Positions 9,385 through 19,849 of a DNA stretch of 64,000 nt are shown in pieces (positions within the stretch are counted from its first letter, which is position 1; every line of letters starts with the position of its first letter). Source of the stretch: a virus (taxonomy: Duplodnaviria; Heunggongvirae; Uroviricota; Caudoviricetes); IMG/VR virus record IMGVR_UViG_3300006204_000001. One strand, given 5' to 3'. The notes under the pieces are model-generated. The model was not told where the DNA came from, did no database searches, and worked only from the letters and a program-made list of their open reading frames with translations. Made by a program: the position numbers and the translations under genes.

Positions 9385-11859
9385 TTATTTAGTATCAGCT
9401 TGACCTTCAGGTCTTCTGATATTTATTTCAAGTATAATACGTTTAATGATATCTCTAAATTTAACTTCTACATAGCAGTGCATCATCATTCGTTCCTGTT
9501 CAAAATCATCTGCTTTGAATTTGATATCAAGATCTTCAACCATAGTACCAATCCATGGTCTATAAATATTCATCTGAGCTTCTGTATAACCTTTTCTTAC
9601 AGTAGAATTATTCCACTCATATGCATATCCTCTACAAGCTTTTTCAAGACCCTTCTTCAGACTATTTAATACACGTACATTATTTTCTTCAAGTAAAGCT
9701 GAAGCTTCAGTTTGTCTTGTATTTTGTGATTGTCTCTGAACTAATCTACCTTCCTCAGATACAAGATAGTAATTAATTCTTTCTTTGTATAATTTTTCCT
9801 TAACATCCCAATCTATAAGATCAAGATCAGGTTGGAAAGTATTTCTGATCATTTCACCTGTAGGAATAATAGTTGAATCATCATCTATTTGCATAGCAAC
9901 AAGTGATGCATAATTATTAGTAAATGGCTTATTAATACCATATGTAACAATATGTCGAATCATATTCTTTGCAAAGAAGTATCCAATGGTTACATTAATT
10001 CTTCTATTAGAACCAGGATCAAAGATTTCATAATAACCCAAATCAACAGATGATTGTCTACCTTTAAACTTGGATACTGAATCAATAATAGCAGATAATT
10101 CTCTGTTAACTCCAATATTCTTTAATCCTACAAGACCACAATCCAAATATAATGAACATCCAGCGCCCTGTTCAAGGTTCATTTTCATACCATTACGATT
10201 TCTGAATTCATTCAGATCATACAAAGCTTGCTTAACATTGAGATCTGAATAAGTAAATTCATTTTCCGTTGTTGTAAGTACAGCAAGTGCAGTACTATCC
10301 TGATCTGTAAGTACAGTAGAAGAATCATACAAGTATGATATTTGATTTGAGATACTAATAGTTTCTTCAAGTGTAAGATTATAGTTAGCATCAAATATAA
10401 CATCAAGATTGATTCTTGCAGGCGATAAGATATTTCTATCTTTAAGACCTCTAAATGCTTTGACATATTCTCTTGCTAACAAGAGTTTCATCTCAGCTTC
10501 AGTAGGTTTACGTGTTTCATTACCAACAGTGATCTCTTCAAAGTCACCATCTGAACCACCTTCCAGACTGAATCCAATTGACTGTGAAATATCAAGACCA
10601 TTATATTGATCAGCATCTATATCTGTTTCTACACCATCATCATACATGATGTTACCAGATTCATCAATATTAGTAACTGTGTAGATCCATCTATGACCTT
10701 CATTAAGAGGGTCAGCTACAACAAGTACTCTTGCTCCTACAGTAGCAGTAGTCCAATCACTAATATTAAGAGGTTTAGTTGCTCCGGCTGTATTAGGAAT
10801 CTCCAACTCAGGAGCTTCGTATTTCTCACCAGCTTTACCAGTATAATTTCTATAATAAGGAATAACCTCATCATTTTGTGTATTATATACTAAACCAAAT
10901 ATAGGATCGAATTGATCAAGAGTAATAGATTGAGCTTTCATAAGCTCTTCAACATCTTCTTTATTTCCACCTGATGCCTGAATATAAGTCTGATTCTCTT
11001 TAATGATATTTCTATAATATGCATATAAAGTATCAAAACCTTCTTCAAACATTTTAATAGATACAGGTACTGAACCTTCAGAATAGATATCCATTACATC
11101 ATTGATGAATGTACTACCTTTAGTTGCTCTTGATACATGTGTAGAACCTACAAACATATTTTCAATCTTTGTAACTTTTTCATTATTAATAAAATTGAAT
11201 GAATACATTTTAATTCCATAGTCTTTTTCTGCATCAACATCACGAGTAATAGACATAGCATAATTATTACCATAATTACCATGTCCAGTTGCTCTTGTAT
11301 AACCAAGTGCTACTGTCATATATCCTGTTAAAGGATCTGCAGTAACTGTTTCAAGACTTTTTGCAAATGCTCTAATTTGTGCATCTGTTTTTGCTCCACC
11401 TTCAACATATGGATTAGTTGCATATGCTACAGAAAATTTGATTTCCATTCTAATCTTACCAGTTTCCTGTCCAAGATCATCAAGAATTTTTCCTCTTCTA
11501 TAATGTGCTAACCATACGAGATTTGCATAACGAGCATTATCAGGTAATACACGCATTAACCATACTTTTGTATAGCCATTAAATAATTCATCTACCTGAA
11601 TACTTGGCTGACCATATTTAGCAAAATTACTCTCACCAAATATAGCTTTCTTTGTTTCTAAGTCTGTTAAATTAACAAACTTATTATCAATACCTTTATC
11701 AAAGCCAGATACTATAACTGTTGCAAAAGGCATTTCCTTTGTAGATGATGCTGTATAAACAGTTTCATCGTATTGAGAATGATCTCTTATAACAGTATGA
11801 ACATGAGGATGAGAATAAAAAGGTATAATTCTAACTGATGTAGGATCTGTCGTTGCCAT
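9385..11859 (-). CDS. Contractile tail sheath protein
   Basis: ~824 aa; N-terminal FGESNFAKYGQ...MRVLPDNA; sheath-like C-terminus (LYKERINY, ENNVRVL, VEVKFRDIIKRIILEI); ATG 11859 after AAAGGAG. Confidence 0.8.
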   Translation of the reverse strand: MATTDPTSVRIIPFYSHPHVHTVIRDHSQYDETVYTASSTKEMPFATVIVSGFDKGIDNKFVNLTDLETKKAIFGESNFAKYGQPSIQVDELFNGYTKVWLMRVLPDNARYANLVWLAHYRRGKILDDLGQETGKIRMEIKFSVAYATNPYVEGGAKTDAQIRAFAKSLETVTADPLTGYMTVALGYTRATGHGNYGNNYAMSITRDVDAEKDYGIKMYSFNFINNEKVTKIENMFVGSTHVSRATKGSTFINDVMDIYSEGSVPVSIKMFEEGFDTLYAYYRNIIKENQTYIQASGGNKEDVEELMKAQSITLDQFDPIFGLVYNTQNDEVIPYYRNYTGKAGEKYEAPELEIPNTAGATKPLNISDWTTATVGARVLVVADPLNEGHRWIYTVTNIDESGNIMYDDGVETDIDADQYNGLDISQSIGFSLEGGSDGDFEEITVGNETRKPTEAEMKLLLAREYVKAFRGLKDRNILSPARINLDVIFDANYNLTLEETISISNQISYLYDSSTVLTDQDSTALAVLTTTENEFTYSDLNVKQALYDLNEFRNRNGMKMNLEQGAGCSLYLDCGLVGLKNIGVNRELSAIIDSVSKFKGRQSSVDLGYYEIFDPGSNRRINVTIGYFFAKNMIRHIVTYGINKPFTNNYASLVAMQIDDDSTIIPTGEMIRNTFQPDLDLIDWDVKEKLYKERINYYLVSEEGRLVQRQSQNTRQTEASALLEENNVRVLNSLKKGLEKACRGYAYEWNNSTVRKGYTEAQMNIYRPWIGTMVEDLDIKFKADDFEQERMMMHCYVEVKFRDIIKRIILEINIRRPEGQADTK

Positions 11860-11907
11860 ATCGTTTTTCACTCCTTTTCTAATTTTTAAAGATAACGGGT
11901 ATCTCTT

Positions 11908-11919
11908 TAACAAATTGTT
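11908..11919 (-). promoter_or_regulatory. Putative late promoter AACA-N6-TA
   Basis: AACAATTTGTTA upstream of sheath gene. Confidence 0.5.
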
Positions 11920-11949
11920 ATAATTTACTACTATAAGAGCGATAAAAAA

Positions 11950-11978
11950 GATAATGGAGGAATTATTCCTCCATTATC
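11950..11978. terminator. Intrinsic terminator
   Basis: gataatggaggaa/ttcctccattatc hairpin with T-run on the minus strand. Confidence 0.75.
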
Positions 11979-11982
11979 AATA

Positions 11983-12696
11983 TTAATAGTATATAATTTT
12001 TTCTAATGGTGATACTTGCTCTTCTACATTATGCCTTGAATTATTAATAGCATTAGATATCATAGTACTTGTATCTTCAAATACCATACCTGAAAATGTT
12101 GATAAATCTCTTACTACTGCTCTTACACTTCCAGTAGCATAATCAAATCCATTAGGATTAGTTTGTCTACCATATAATTGACCATATCGTTCTTTTGTAT
12201 TATTTGGATTACGGTATGTAGCAGCCAATATCATTTCAAATATTTTAGATGGTACTTTAAATGATACTCCTGATATCTCTAAATTTTTCCACCACATATT
12301 GATTGTATTTGTATAATTTAATGTTATAGGTAATTTACCATTTAACACTGATGCTAAAAATGCTTCTGCTACTTCTCTACCATTAGGAATAGTTTGATGT
12401 AATATATATGAATCCTTCATATATTGTAATGTTAATACATCTAATGGTTGACCATGTACATGAATAGTTTCATTTTTAAATTCATATACCATTAGATTAG
12501 TAACAGCAGGTATATTAAATAATTTAATATCTCCTTCTTTACCATCTTTGAATGATCTTACATAACATACAGCAAATGTTTCAATAGATGATCCTTTATT
12601 AATTGCTAAATTAGTTTCAAAATATGACATAGGAACATATAATTCCGTATATTCATTACAATATATTTTACCGTCTTTTGCATATAATAATCCCAT
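11983..12696 (-). CDS. Hypothetical protein between terminase and sheath genes
   Basis: ORF; likely ATG at 12696 after AAGGAGG. Confidence 0.7.
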   Translation of the reverse strand: MGLLYAKDGKIYCNEYTELYVPMSYFETNLAINKGSSIETFAVCYVRSFKDGKEGDIKLFNIPAVTNLMVYEFKNETIHVHGQPLDVLTLQYMKDSYILHQTIPNGREVAEAFLASVLNGKLPITLNYTNTINMWWKNLEISGVSFKVPSKIFEMILAATYRNPNNTKERYGQLYGRQTNPNGFDYATGSVRAVVRDLSTFSGMVFEDTSTMISNAINNSRHNVEEQVSPLEKIIYY

Positions 12697-12712
12697 TATA
12701 TTTTTTACCTCC

Positions 12713-14842
12713 TTATACTCCATTTACTTGATCAAAGAAGAATGGAGATATATCAACTGTACCATCCCATTTACTTTCATTCGGATTTCTCATATTACTA
12801 TATACTTCATCATGTACATAATCTAATGTGAATACAATCTCTTTTATCTCTTCTTCCATTCTGGCTGCATCTTCCATAACTAATTCATCAAATGTAACTT
12901 GTTTAGTTGAGAAAAATCCTGAGAAAGGATCTCTTTCATCAGTTTCTTCCGTATTTAATTGTATAGGTCCAAATATTGGATGATCATTCTTTATAATACC
13001 GAAGTATTCAAGATTATCCCCAGTATAATAACAGAATAATACTATAAGATATGACATTAAGCAGTCGTCATGTTCACCTTTAACTGCTTCATATCTACCA
13101 GTTGGTGTTCTTATGAGTTTACATATATCATCTACTAAATATTCAGTAGTCAATATTTGTTTACATTCATTTACATGTTGGAATAATAACTCAAACATAG
13201 CTGGTCTAGTCTTAGGACCTGTCCAATGACCATATTTTTTATATTGTTCTGATAACATTTTTAATTCCATATCAGGAGAATCTGTTACCATTTCTTCTAA
13301 TTGATTTGTCTTTTGTGACCAATATAAATTTTTCTTTATACTAGTTTCGCATAACATTTGAATCAAATATATTCCCATACTATTTTTCTCTGGTATAAGT
13401 ACAGCATTAGGAATATAGTCTTCAACTAATCTTATTAACATTCTTACTGCATTTGGTCCACTTATATATGGTGATTTAAATTCAGCTGCTATTTGTAAAT
13501 TATATGGATTAACTATAGTAACAGCAAAATTATCACCACCACCTCCTCCAGCAGGATCTATACCTACTATATATGGAATATGTTCATCAAAATCTTTTGG
13601 TCTACCAAATTGATACCCTTGTCCATGTTCATATAAACGAAATCTCCATTTCTTATCTATGATAATATCATTATCTGATTTTCTCATATTAGAAATAAGA
13701 TACTCAATATCTTCTGGTGAAATAGGAGAATTATTAGAACCACGTAATCTTTGTAATAAAATCTCACGTCTAATAGCCATTTTATCACCAGATAATGCAT
13801 ATTGTTCCAATACCCATTTATATGTTTTTCTAACCTGGTAATATTGATATTCCATATAGAATATATTTGTTACTTCACGTTCATGTTTTTCTTCACTATT
13901 ATGATATTCATCTCTACATGCATTTTTATATTCTTCTATTTCTTCTGGAGTCATATCATAAATTTTTTCTGTCCATGGAATCATAGATTTTATAATTGGT
14001 AATGATTCTAAACCTTCTCTCGTATCTAGATTTCCTGGTGTACAAGAAAATGCTCTAAAATATGGAAGACTAGCTGCTGCAGCATTCTCATAAGCTGTCT
14101 TAAATAATGGAGCTGAGTTAGATAATAATTCTCCAAAGAATGGAGTATGTTCGATCTCATCAAAATAAAGTATAGCACCAGAATCACCTCGAGCTAAACC
14201 TTGAGCATGTGATAATGATGTAGGTTTAGGATGTATAATAAGTTTATTATGCATAAGATTATTTTCAAGAGTTTCTGTTGCTTGTCTTGATTTCTTTATT
14301 TTTCCATCAGATCCCATATAACGTTTAAATTGTAACCATTCAGGTAGTAAAGAAATATCATCTTTTAATGTCGCAAGATTTCGTTTAGTATTTTCTGTTT
14401 CCTTACCAAAGAATTGCATATGCAGGTTAGATGATAATTGAAATGCCCATTGTAATGGTCCACCTATGAGACCTGTTGTTTTCCATGTCTGTCGTGGTTC
14501 ACATAAACAAAAATCATAGTGTCTTTCAGCACACCATGTAGCAGCTGCTAATCCTCTATGTAAACCATATTGAACTATACCAGAATCAGTTCTTAATTTG
14601 ACTGCTGTACGCATAAACATCCATGGGTTACTTCTATATTCAATCATTAATGCATCTATTTCTTGTCTAGTTATACGTGGATTAAATGGATCTATATCTG
14701 CTAATTCAGGATGATCTATTCTAAACATAAAATAGAAATTCTTTATACCTAATACTTTCAATTCCTTCGCTGTAAGTTTAAACGAATCATTCGGAGGATT
14801 GAAGTCATACCAAATACCATTAATTTGTTTCAAATCGGACAT
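12713..14842 (-). CDS. terL: Terminase large subunit
   Basis: PRQTWKT Walker A variant, LYFDE Walker B, CTPG coupling motif, RNase H-like nuclease (VGIDPAG, PEKNS, GEHDDCLMS). Confidence 0.9.
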   Translation of the reverse strand: MSDLKQINGIWYDFNPPNDSFKLTAKELKVLGIKNFYFMFRIDHPELADIDPFNPRITRQEIDALMIEYRSNPWMFMRTAVKLRTDSGIVQYGLHRGLAAATWCAERHYDFCLCEPRQTWKTTGLIGGPLQWAFQLSSNLHMQFFGKETENTKRNLATLKDDISLLPEWLQFKRYMGSDGKIKKSRQATETLENNLMHNKLIIHPKPTSLSHAQGLARGDSGAILYFDEIEHTPFFGELLSNSAPLFKTAYENAAAASLPYFRAFSCTPGNLDTREGLESLPIIKSMIPWTEKIYDMTPEEIEEYKNACRDEYHNSEEKHEREVTNIFYMEYQYYQVRKTYKWVLEQYALSGDKMAIRREILLQRLRGSNNSPISPEDIEYLISNMRKSDNDIIIDKKWRFRLYEHGQGYQFGRPKDFDEHIPYIVGIDPAGGGGGDNFAVTIVNPYNLQIAAEFKSPYISGPNAVRMLIRLVEDYIPNAVLIPEKNSMGIYLIQMLCETSIKKNLYWSQKTNQLEEMVTDSPDMELKMLSEQYKKYGHWTGPKTRPAMFELLFQHVNECKQILTTEYLVDDICKLIRTPTGRYEAVKGEHDDCLMSYLIVLFCYYTGDNLEYFGIIKNDHPIFGPIQLNTEETDERDPFSGFFSTKQVTFDELVMEDAARMEEEIKEIVFTLDYVHDEVYSNMRNPNESKWDGTVDISPFFFDQVNGV

Positions 14843-14994
14843 ATTTCCGTATATTTCTCCTTTCTATATAAATATTTATAATGTAATTAACACATATCTT
14901 TGATTTCTAGTATTAGGAGGTTTAAACCTCTTTTCTAAAGTTTTTATATAATTTGGTTTCATACATATATTTCTATAATATATTAAAAAATTAT

Positions 14995-15020
14995 TATGAT
15001 ATATTCTATTTATAAGACAT
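14995..15020 (+). promoter_or_regulatory. Putative early promoter
   Basis: tatgatatattctatttataagacat ahead of an accessory operon. Confidence 0.65.
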
Positions 15021-15053
15021 AATAAAAATATTTAACAAAGGAGGAAAAATATT

Positions 15054-16140
15054 ATGTTGAAACATTTACTTTTTACTCATGATGATTTGGATGGTGCAGG
15101 CTGCAAAATCATTTTCAGTTTATTCTTTGATAAACTTGAAGATGAATTCGATGTTGTTATTTGCTCAAATAAAAATGTCGATATCATGGTATCTAATGAA
15201 TATAACAGCAAAGAAGATGGAGCAAGAATTTCTCCTGAAGAAACTGTAATATGGTTTGCAGACATTGTTGCAAGCAGGGAAATTATGGAAGCACTTAAAG
15301 ATCTTGGTTATGAAGTCAAGATCTTTGACCATCATAGAACCAATTTCTTCGTTCAGCAGATCTTCGAAAGTGCGGTAATAATTCCTGAAAATGATATGGG
15401 AGTTATGCAGTCAGGTACGTCATTGTTATACCAGTACTTAGTTGCTAATAGTAATTTCAATGATCTTTATGAAAGAAATTTATTCAGAGCGATCACATAT
15501 AGCAACAAATGGAAAGTTGCAAATTTTATTGGAGATCTGGTCTTCAATATAAGAAGCTACGATACATTTGAATTCAAGGAAACAAATAATCTTGTAGCTA
15601 AGAAGTTACAAATGTTTTTCGGATTTGTCGGTATCGATATATTCTGTTCTAGATATATCAACAAAATTCTTTTGTGGGCAGTGCAGCCAGCAAATTGTAA
15701 TCAGGTATCTGATAATATTATACTTGCAGATGGTGATTTAGCCTATGTTATTGATCAGCGAATTGTTAACGAACGGGACATCATTGACAAGATTACACCT
15801 GATAGTGTATATGATATTGAAGTCAATGGATATAAAGCAGCATTTTCATTCCCTGTATTTGGGACGAATGTATCAGAACTGGCTTATCAGTTTTTAAGAA
15901 AATATCCAGAATACGATTATCTTTGTACAATTTAGTTGGGCTAATGGAGGGGAATTCTCATTCAGAACAGCTAAAGAAGAAATTAATTGTGGAGTAGATA
16001 TCGCAGAAAAACTTGGTGGTGGTGGTCATCCTAAAGCTGCTGGATGTAATATTGGAGATTGGTTAAGAGACCAATTTATTTGGATATTAACTGAATATCT
16101 CAATGGTAACCTTGAATCTAAAACAATTGTTATTGAATAA
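15054..16140 (+). pseudogene. DHH/DHHA1 phosphoesterase interrupted by a +1 frameshift at ~15930 (or a sequence error)
   Basis: THDDLDGAG, FADI, FDHH motifs in 15054..15935; DHHA1 tail FSFRT...LGGGGHPKAAG continues in the +1 frame to TAA at 16140. Confidence 0.85.
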
Positions 16141-16148
16141 TTAGGTGT

Positions 16149-16643
16149 GTGAATATGAAATCAATAGATATAAATTTAAGTGTCAATAACGGTATGACGA
16201 TGCATACTGATTGCCTCCATACCAAGTTTTTGATAACTGGTATTGCTGAGACACTTATTCATATAATTCAGTCATCAGTTATTTCAGTTACTATGGATGG
16301 ATATGAATTGGCAGATACAATGTATTCATATCTTAGCAGAGATTATTGTGGTATTAGTTCTGAAACAGTTATTCTGAATCAAATGAATACGTTTGCAACT
16401 ATTTTGTATAATGTTACAAAAGAAGTTGTTGATAATAATTCTGTAAAATTATGTGACCGATTTCAACCTGGTTACTTAGAAGGAATACATGGTAATAGTT
16501 ATGAAGTTATCATTATGGCTTTATATAAATACCAAATATTTCTTGATAAAGCAAAGGAAGCAAGGTTACAAGTTCCTGAAACAAATTATATGAAATATAC
16601 TGAAAGATTTAGAAAAATTTGCAAAGAAAGGATAGGTGATTAA
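16149..16643 (+). CDS. Hypothetical protein
   Basis: 164 aa ORF in accessory operon. Confidence 0.65.
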   Translation: MNMKSIDINLSVNNGMTMHTDCLHTKFLITGIAETLIHIIQSSVISVTMDGYELADTMYSYLSRDYCGISSETVILNQMNTFATILYNVTKEVVDNNSVKLCDRFQPGYLEGIHGNSYEVIIMALYKYQIFLDKAKEARLQVPETNYMKYTERFRKICKERIGD

Positions 16644-17201
16644 ATGGATTTTGATGTTGATTCAATTAATTTGTATATCAAAGATTGTTTTATTAAGGCA
16701 CATCAAAAAGAGCACAGGGATTACTCTGTGCTCAATTATGATTACAGATGGATCTTAATTAAGGACAAAGGACAGAAAGAAAAATGGCATTTGATTCCTA
16801 TATATTCCAAATGTAAATATGAAAGAGTATTAAGGGAAGTTAATAAGAATTTGAAATGGAATCTTCCTAGAAAGTTTAATATTACATTTGGTAAAACAGA
16901 TGATCTGCGGTATCTTCTTTATGAAGATCAATTAGATTATAATTATACCGAGTTTGCTTTTAAAGCATCTGATAAATATAGTTATGTTTCATTATCTATA
17001 TTTGATTCATATACAGATGATCTCATAGAAAATGAAAAACCTCCAAGAACTTTTAAGTTACAGGAAGTATTTGAAGGAACAGAAAAAGAATATTATGCTA
17101 TAAAAGATTGGCAACAATTTAAAGATCTTTGTGAAAAAGCAGGAGTTAATCTTGGTAGAGATTATAAAATAATATGCGGACCCAATGTAAAATTATTATA
17201 A
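16644..17201 (+). CDS. Hypothetical protein
   Basis: 185 aa ORF abutting the previous stop codon. Confidence 0.7.
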   Translation: MDFDVDSINLYIKDCFIKAHQKEHRDYSVLNYDYRWILIKDKGQKEKWHLIPIYSKCKYERVLREVNKNLKWNLPRKFNITFGKTDDLRYLLYEDQLDYNYTEFAFKASDKYSYVSLSIFDSYTDDLIENEKPPRTFKLQEVFEGTEKEYYAIKDWQQFKDLCEKAGVNLGRDYKIICGPNVKLL

Positions 17202-17221
17202 AAGAAAGGTAAGGTGGTAAT

Positions 17222-17653
17222 ATGTTAAATACACCAGTAAGAAAAATCATTGAAAGAATGAGGAAATGCGGATCTCATACTATTATCTGTAACAATAAAA
17301 CAAAAATCATTATCCAAGATTTGGGATTAAGATCAATTGATCAGCCAATCAGCAAAATAAAATGGAATCCAGATGGCAGCATGAAAGTTATGCGCCGTTT
17401 CTTTGTGACTATTGTTGAGTCACCAAGAAGCGTGATGAAGTATATTCCTAAAAATAAGAATCATTGGTTATATGAACCAGAAAGCAATTATAACTTCTTT
17501 AATGAGAATGATTATTATCTTACGGAGCGGGAACTAAATGAGTTTATCAGCGATAATGATGATGTTGACATATATGAAACCTGTTGTGTACATGAATATA
17601 TGTTAGCCGATATGGAAGATATGTATAAAGAATTTGAAAAGAGTATGGCTTAG
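17222..17653 (+). CDS. Hypothetical protein
   Basis: 143 aa ORF, AAGGTGG RBS. Confidence 0.7.
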   Translation: MLNTPVRKIIERMRKCGSHTIICNNKTKIIIQDLGLRSIDQPISKIKWNPDGSMKVMRRFFVTIVESPRSVMKYIPKNKNHWLYEPESNYNFFNENDYYLTERELNEFISDNDDVDIYETCCVHEYMLADMEDMYKEFEKSMA

Positions 17654-17690
17654 GCTGTACTCTCTTCTATTTTTGCGAGAGGAGAAAAAT

Positions 17691-18047
17691 ATGAATAAAA
17701 ATGTATATAATCTTTATTTAAAATCTTTAAAAGATTTAAGTAAAGAAGAATTAATCCAAAAAATAATAGCAGCTAACGAAATTATTGTTTCTGACAGAGA
17801 ATTTGCAAATCATTGTTTAGCATCAAGTACAGTGGCAAATATGAATGAAATATTTAGACTTAATAATTTATTACAAAAGAAACATAGCTACAAAATTGCA
17901 GATAATCTTGAAGAAGCTATTAATAAAGCAGAACATAATTGGAATTTTATTGTATCAGAATTGGAATCAATGAAAGAAAGTAATCGAGTAGACGAAAGAT
18001 TATCATTGTTGATAGATGATATAAAACTTTGGAAAGATGAGGTGTAG
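17691..18047 (+). CDS. Hypothetical helical protein
   Basis: ATG at 17691 after GAGGAG. Confidence 0.65.
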   Translation: MNKNVYNLYLKSLKDLSKEELIQKIIAANEIIVSDREFANHCLASSTVANMNEIFRLNNLLQKKHSYKIADNLEEAINKAEHNWNFIVSELESMKESNRVDERLSLLIDDIKLWKDEV

Positions 18048-18252
18048 CATAATGAATGGATGTATGAACATTAAAGAAGGATACAATGAATATTCTGATA
18101 AAACTTTTGCATGTGATCAATTTGGTTGTGTATATTGTACTAACAATGGAAGATGCATATATAATATAGCTACATTACAACAAGAAGTAGCAAGAGCATG
18201 TCATCATGATATTGTTCAAGCTGATAGGGAAATGGAATTAGATTTTTTATGA
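18037..18252 (+). CDS. Small Cys-rich hypothetical protein
   Basis: CDQFGCVYCTNNGRC cluster. Confidence 0.6.
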   Translation: MRCSIMNGCMNIKEGYNEYSDKTFACDQFGCVYCTNNGRCIYNIATLQQEVARACHHDIVQADREMELDFL

Positions 18253-18284
18253 TGTCGGTGCTCATTAAAAAGGAGGAAATAAAA

Positions 18285-18476
18285 ATGAGAGAATTTGGTA
18301 CAGAACCTTATGGAGATAAAGATGGTTTTAAAGTTATTTGCAATAAGTGTGGAAAGGAAGCTTCTATAGTTCCTATCAGTTATTATGAAGATGGTAATTA
18401 TGATAATCCTATAAAGATAGTATTGGAGATTAGATGTACATGTGGTAATAAATATGGTAGTACTATACATTCTTAA
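18285..18476 (+). CDS. Small zinc-ribbon-like protein
   Basis: CNKC...CTCG; ATG 18285 after AAGGAGG. Confidence 0.65.
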   Translation: MREFGTEPYGDKDGFKVICNKCGKEASIVPISYYEDGNYDNPIKIVLEIRCTCGNKYGSTIHS

Positions 18477-18497
18477 AATTATAATAAAATTTATTAC

Positions 18498-18563
18498 GAT
18501 TACAGCTATAGCTGTAATCTATTTTTATTCATCTAATAATAGGAGCTATTAGCTCCTATTATT
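18498..18563. terminator. Two tandem hairpins ending the operon
   Basis: gattacagctatagctgtaatc and aataataggagcta/tagctcctattatt, each followed by T-runs. Confidence 0.7.
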
Positions 18564-18590
18564 TTTTATTGTATATTTCTTTTATTATAT

Positions 18591-18601
18591 TATATATTCT
18601 A
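18591..18601 (+). promoter_or_regulatory. Putative early promoter
   Basis: TATATATTCTA ~50 bp upstream of 18649. Confidence 0.6.
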
Positions 18602-18648
18602 AAAATGATACATGATAAAGAATATAACTAAAAATAGGAGGAAAATTT

Positions 18649-19131
18649 ATGTTAGAAGTAATTAATGAAGTTGTAAGTATTAACGATATGGAGGCTTTCA
18701 TTATTCCTAATGGAGCTTTCATGGCAAAGGATATTCTTTGTGATGGACCAAGAAACAGGATGATCTTAGTATTAGACAGAATAGGAAAGGCATCAGGTTT
18801 TGAAGCTTTTGATCCTGAAAAAGATTTGTTGGTTGATCTTTGGTACTGCAGCAAGGAAGCAGAATCTGATAATATCTGTGATCATGGCTTCAAACTTACC
18901 GGTTCACCAGATGATATTTTCAAAGGCAATTATCTCAGTGACATCAAATCCATACCAGTAAAATGGTTGCAGGGTTTGAAAGAAGGAGAAAGTTTTAACA
19001 TGATAGTACCTTATCATGAAAAAATCAAATTCATTCTTCATATCACTACTGCGCAGAGTAAGTACAGGTATAAAAATTATGGTACATTTGAAAATGCAGT
19101 AAACCTGAGTGTGGATTCCTATAAGAGATAA
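18649..19131 (+). CDS. Hypothetical protein
   Basis: 160 aa ORF, AGGAGG RBS. Confidence 0.7.
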   Translation: MLEVINEVVSINDMEAFIIPNGAFMAKDILCDGPRNRMILVLDRIGKASGFEAFDPEKDLLVDLWYCSKEAESDNICDHGFKLTGSPDDIFKGNYLSDIKSIPVKWLQGLKEGESFNMIVPYHEKIKFILHITTAQSKYRYKNYGTFENAVNLSVDSYKR

Positions 19132-19156
19132 AAACTAAATATGGAACTATTAATTG

Positions 19157-19178
19157 GGGGATTATTGCAATAATCCCC
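19157..19178. terminator. Palindromic hairpin/terminator
   Basis: ggggattattgcaataatcccc followed by a T-run. Confidence 0.7.
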
Positions 19179-19202
19179 TATTTTTAAATGGAGGTATTCA
19201 TT

Positions 19203-19826
19203 ATGAGTAACAAAGCAAAGGTAGCAGTTGGAACAGTAGTTGGTTTTATAGGTGGTTTTTTAATTGGAGTATTTCTTATGCTTGCAGTAACCGTAGCATT
19301 TTTAACAGTTCCTTATGAAGAAGAACCAGTGGCAGCAAATAATCAACAGGAAATTATTGACCCTGTTGAAGATCCAGTAGTATCATTTAATACTAATACA
19401 AATTACGGAAATATGAACGACAACATTGGAATGACAAATAATGATATAGCAGCTGAAGAATATTCAGAAGAAATATTTGAAGCTACTATTGAAGACTTCA
19501 TGAGAAATCCAAAAGAATATAGAGGAACTTCATATCATATGGAAAACCTGGAAGTTATATCCGATTATAGTGGCGGTATAACAAATGAAGGATTATATGA
19601 AAATATAACCATTGATAATTTTAAAATTTATGATTCTGCATACAAATGTTATGTTAGAGATGTAAATGGGGTTTCAAATGAAGTTATTATAATAGATGAC
19701 AACAATGTTCTTGCTGGTTCAAGATGGCTAGAGGGAGACGAGATATCTTCATTGGATGCTGAGTTTGTGAACAGACTGGATGGATTTAATCTGCCAGTAT
19801 TTATATTAATATCAGTAGAACAATAA
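19203..19826 (+). CDS. Single-pass membrane protein with acidic soluble domain (possible OB-like fold)
   Basis: N-terminal TM helix (VAVGTVVGFIGGFLIGVFLMLAVTVAFL); ATG 19203 after GGAGG. Confidence 0.7.
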   Translation: MSNKAKVAVGTVVGFIGGFLIGVFLMLAVTVAFLTVPYEEEPVAANNQQEIIDPVEDPVVSFNTNTNYGNMNDNIGMTNNDIAAEEYSEEIFEATIEDFMRNPKEYRGTSYHMENLEVISDYSGGITNEGLYENITIDNFKIYDSAYKCYVRDVNGVSNEVIIIDDNNVLAGSRWLEGDEISSLDAEFVNRLDGFNLPVFILISVEQ

Positions 19827-19849
19827 ATAAGAAAGGGGAATGTGATGAT

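Noticed and set aside
15933-15944. Stop-codon reassignment (TAG read-through) explaining the split DHH gene
   Set aside because: In-frame TAA follows after two codons. TAG and TGA act as normal stops elsewhere, and coding density is high under the standard code.
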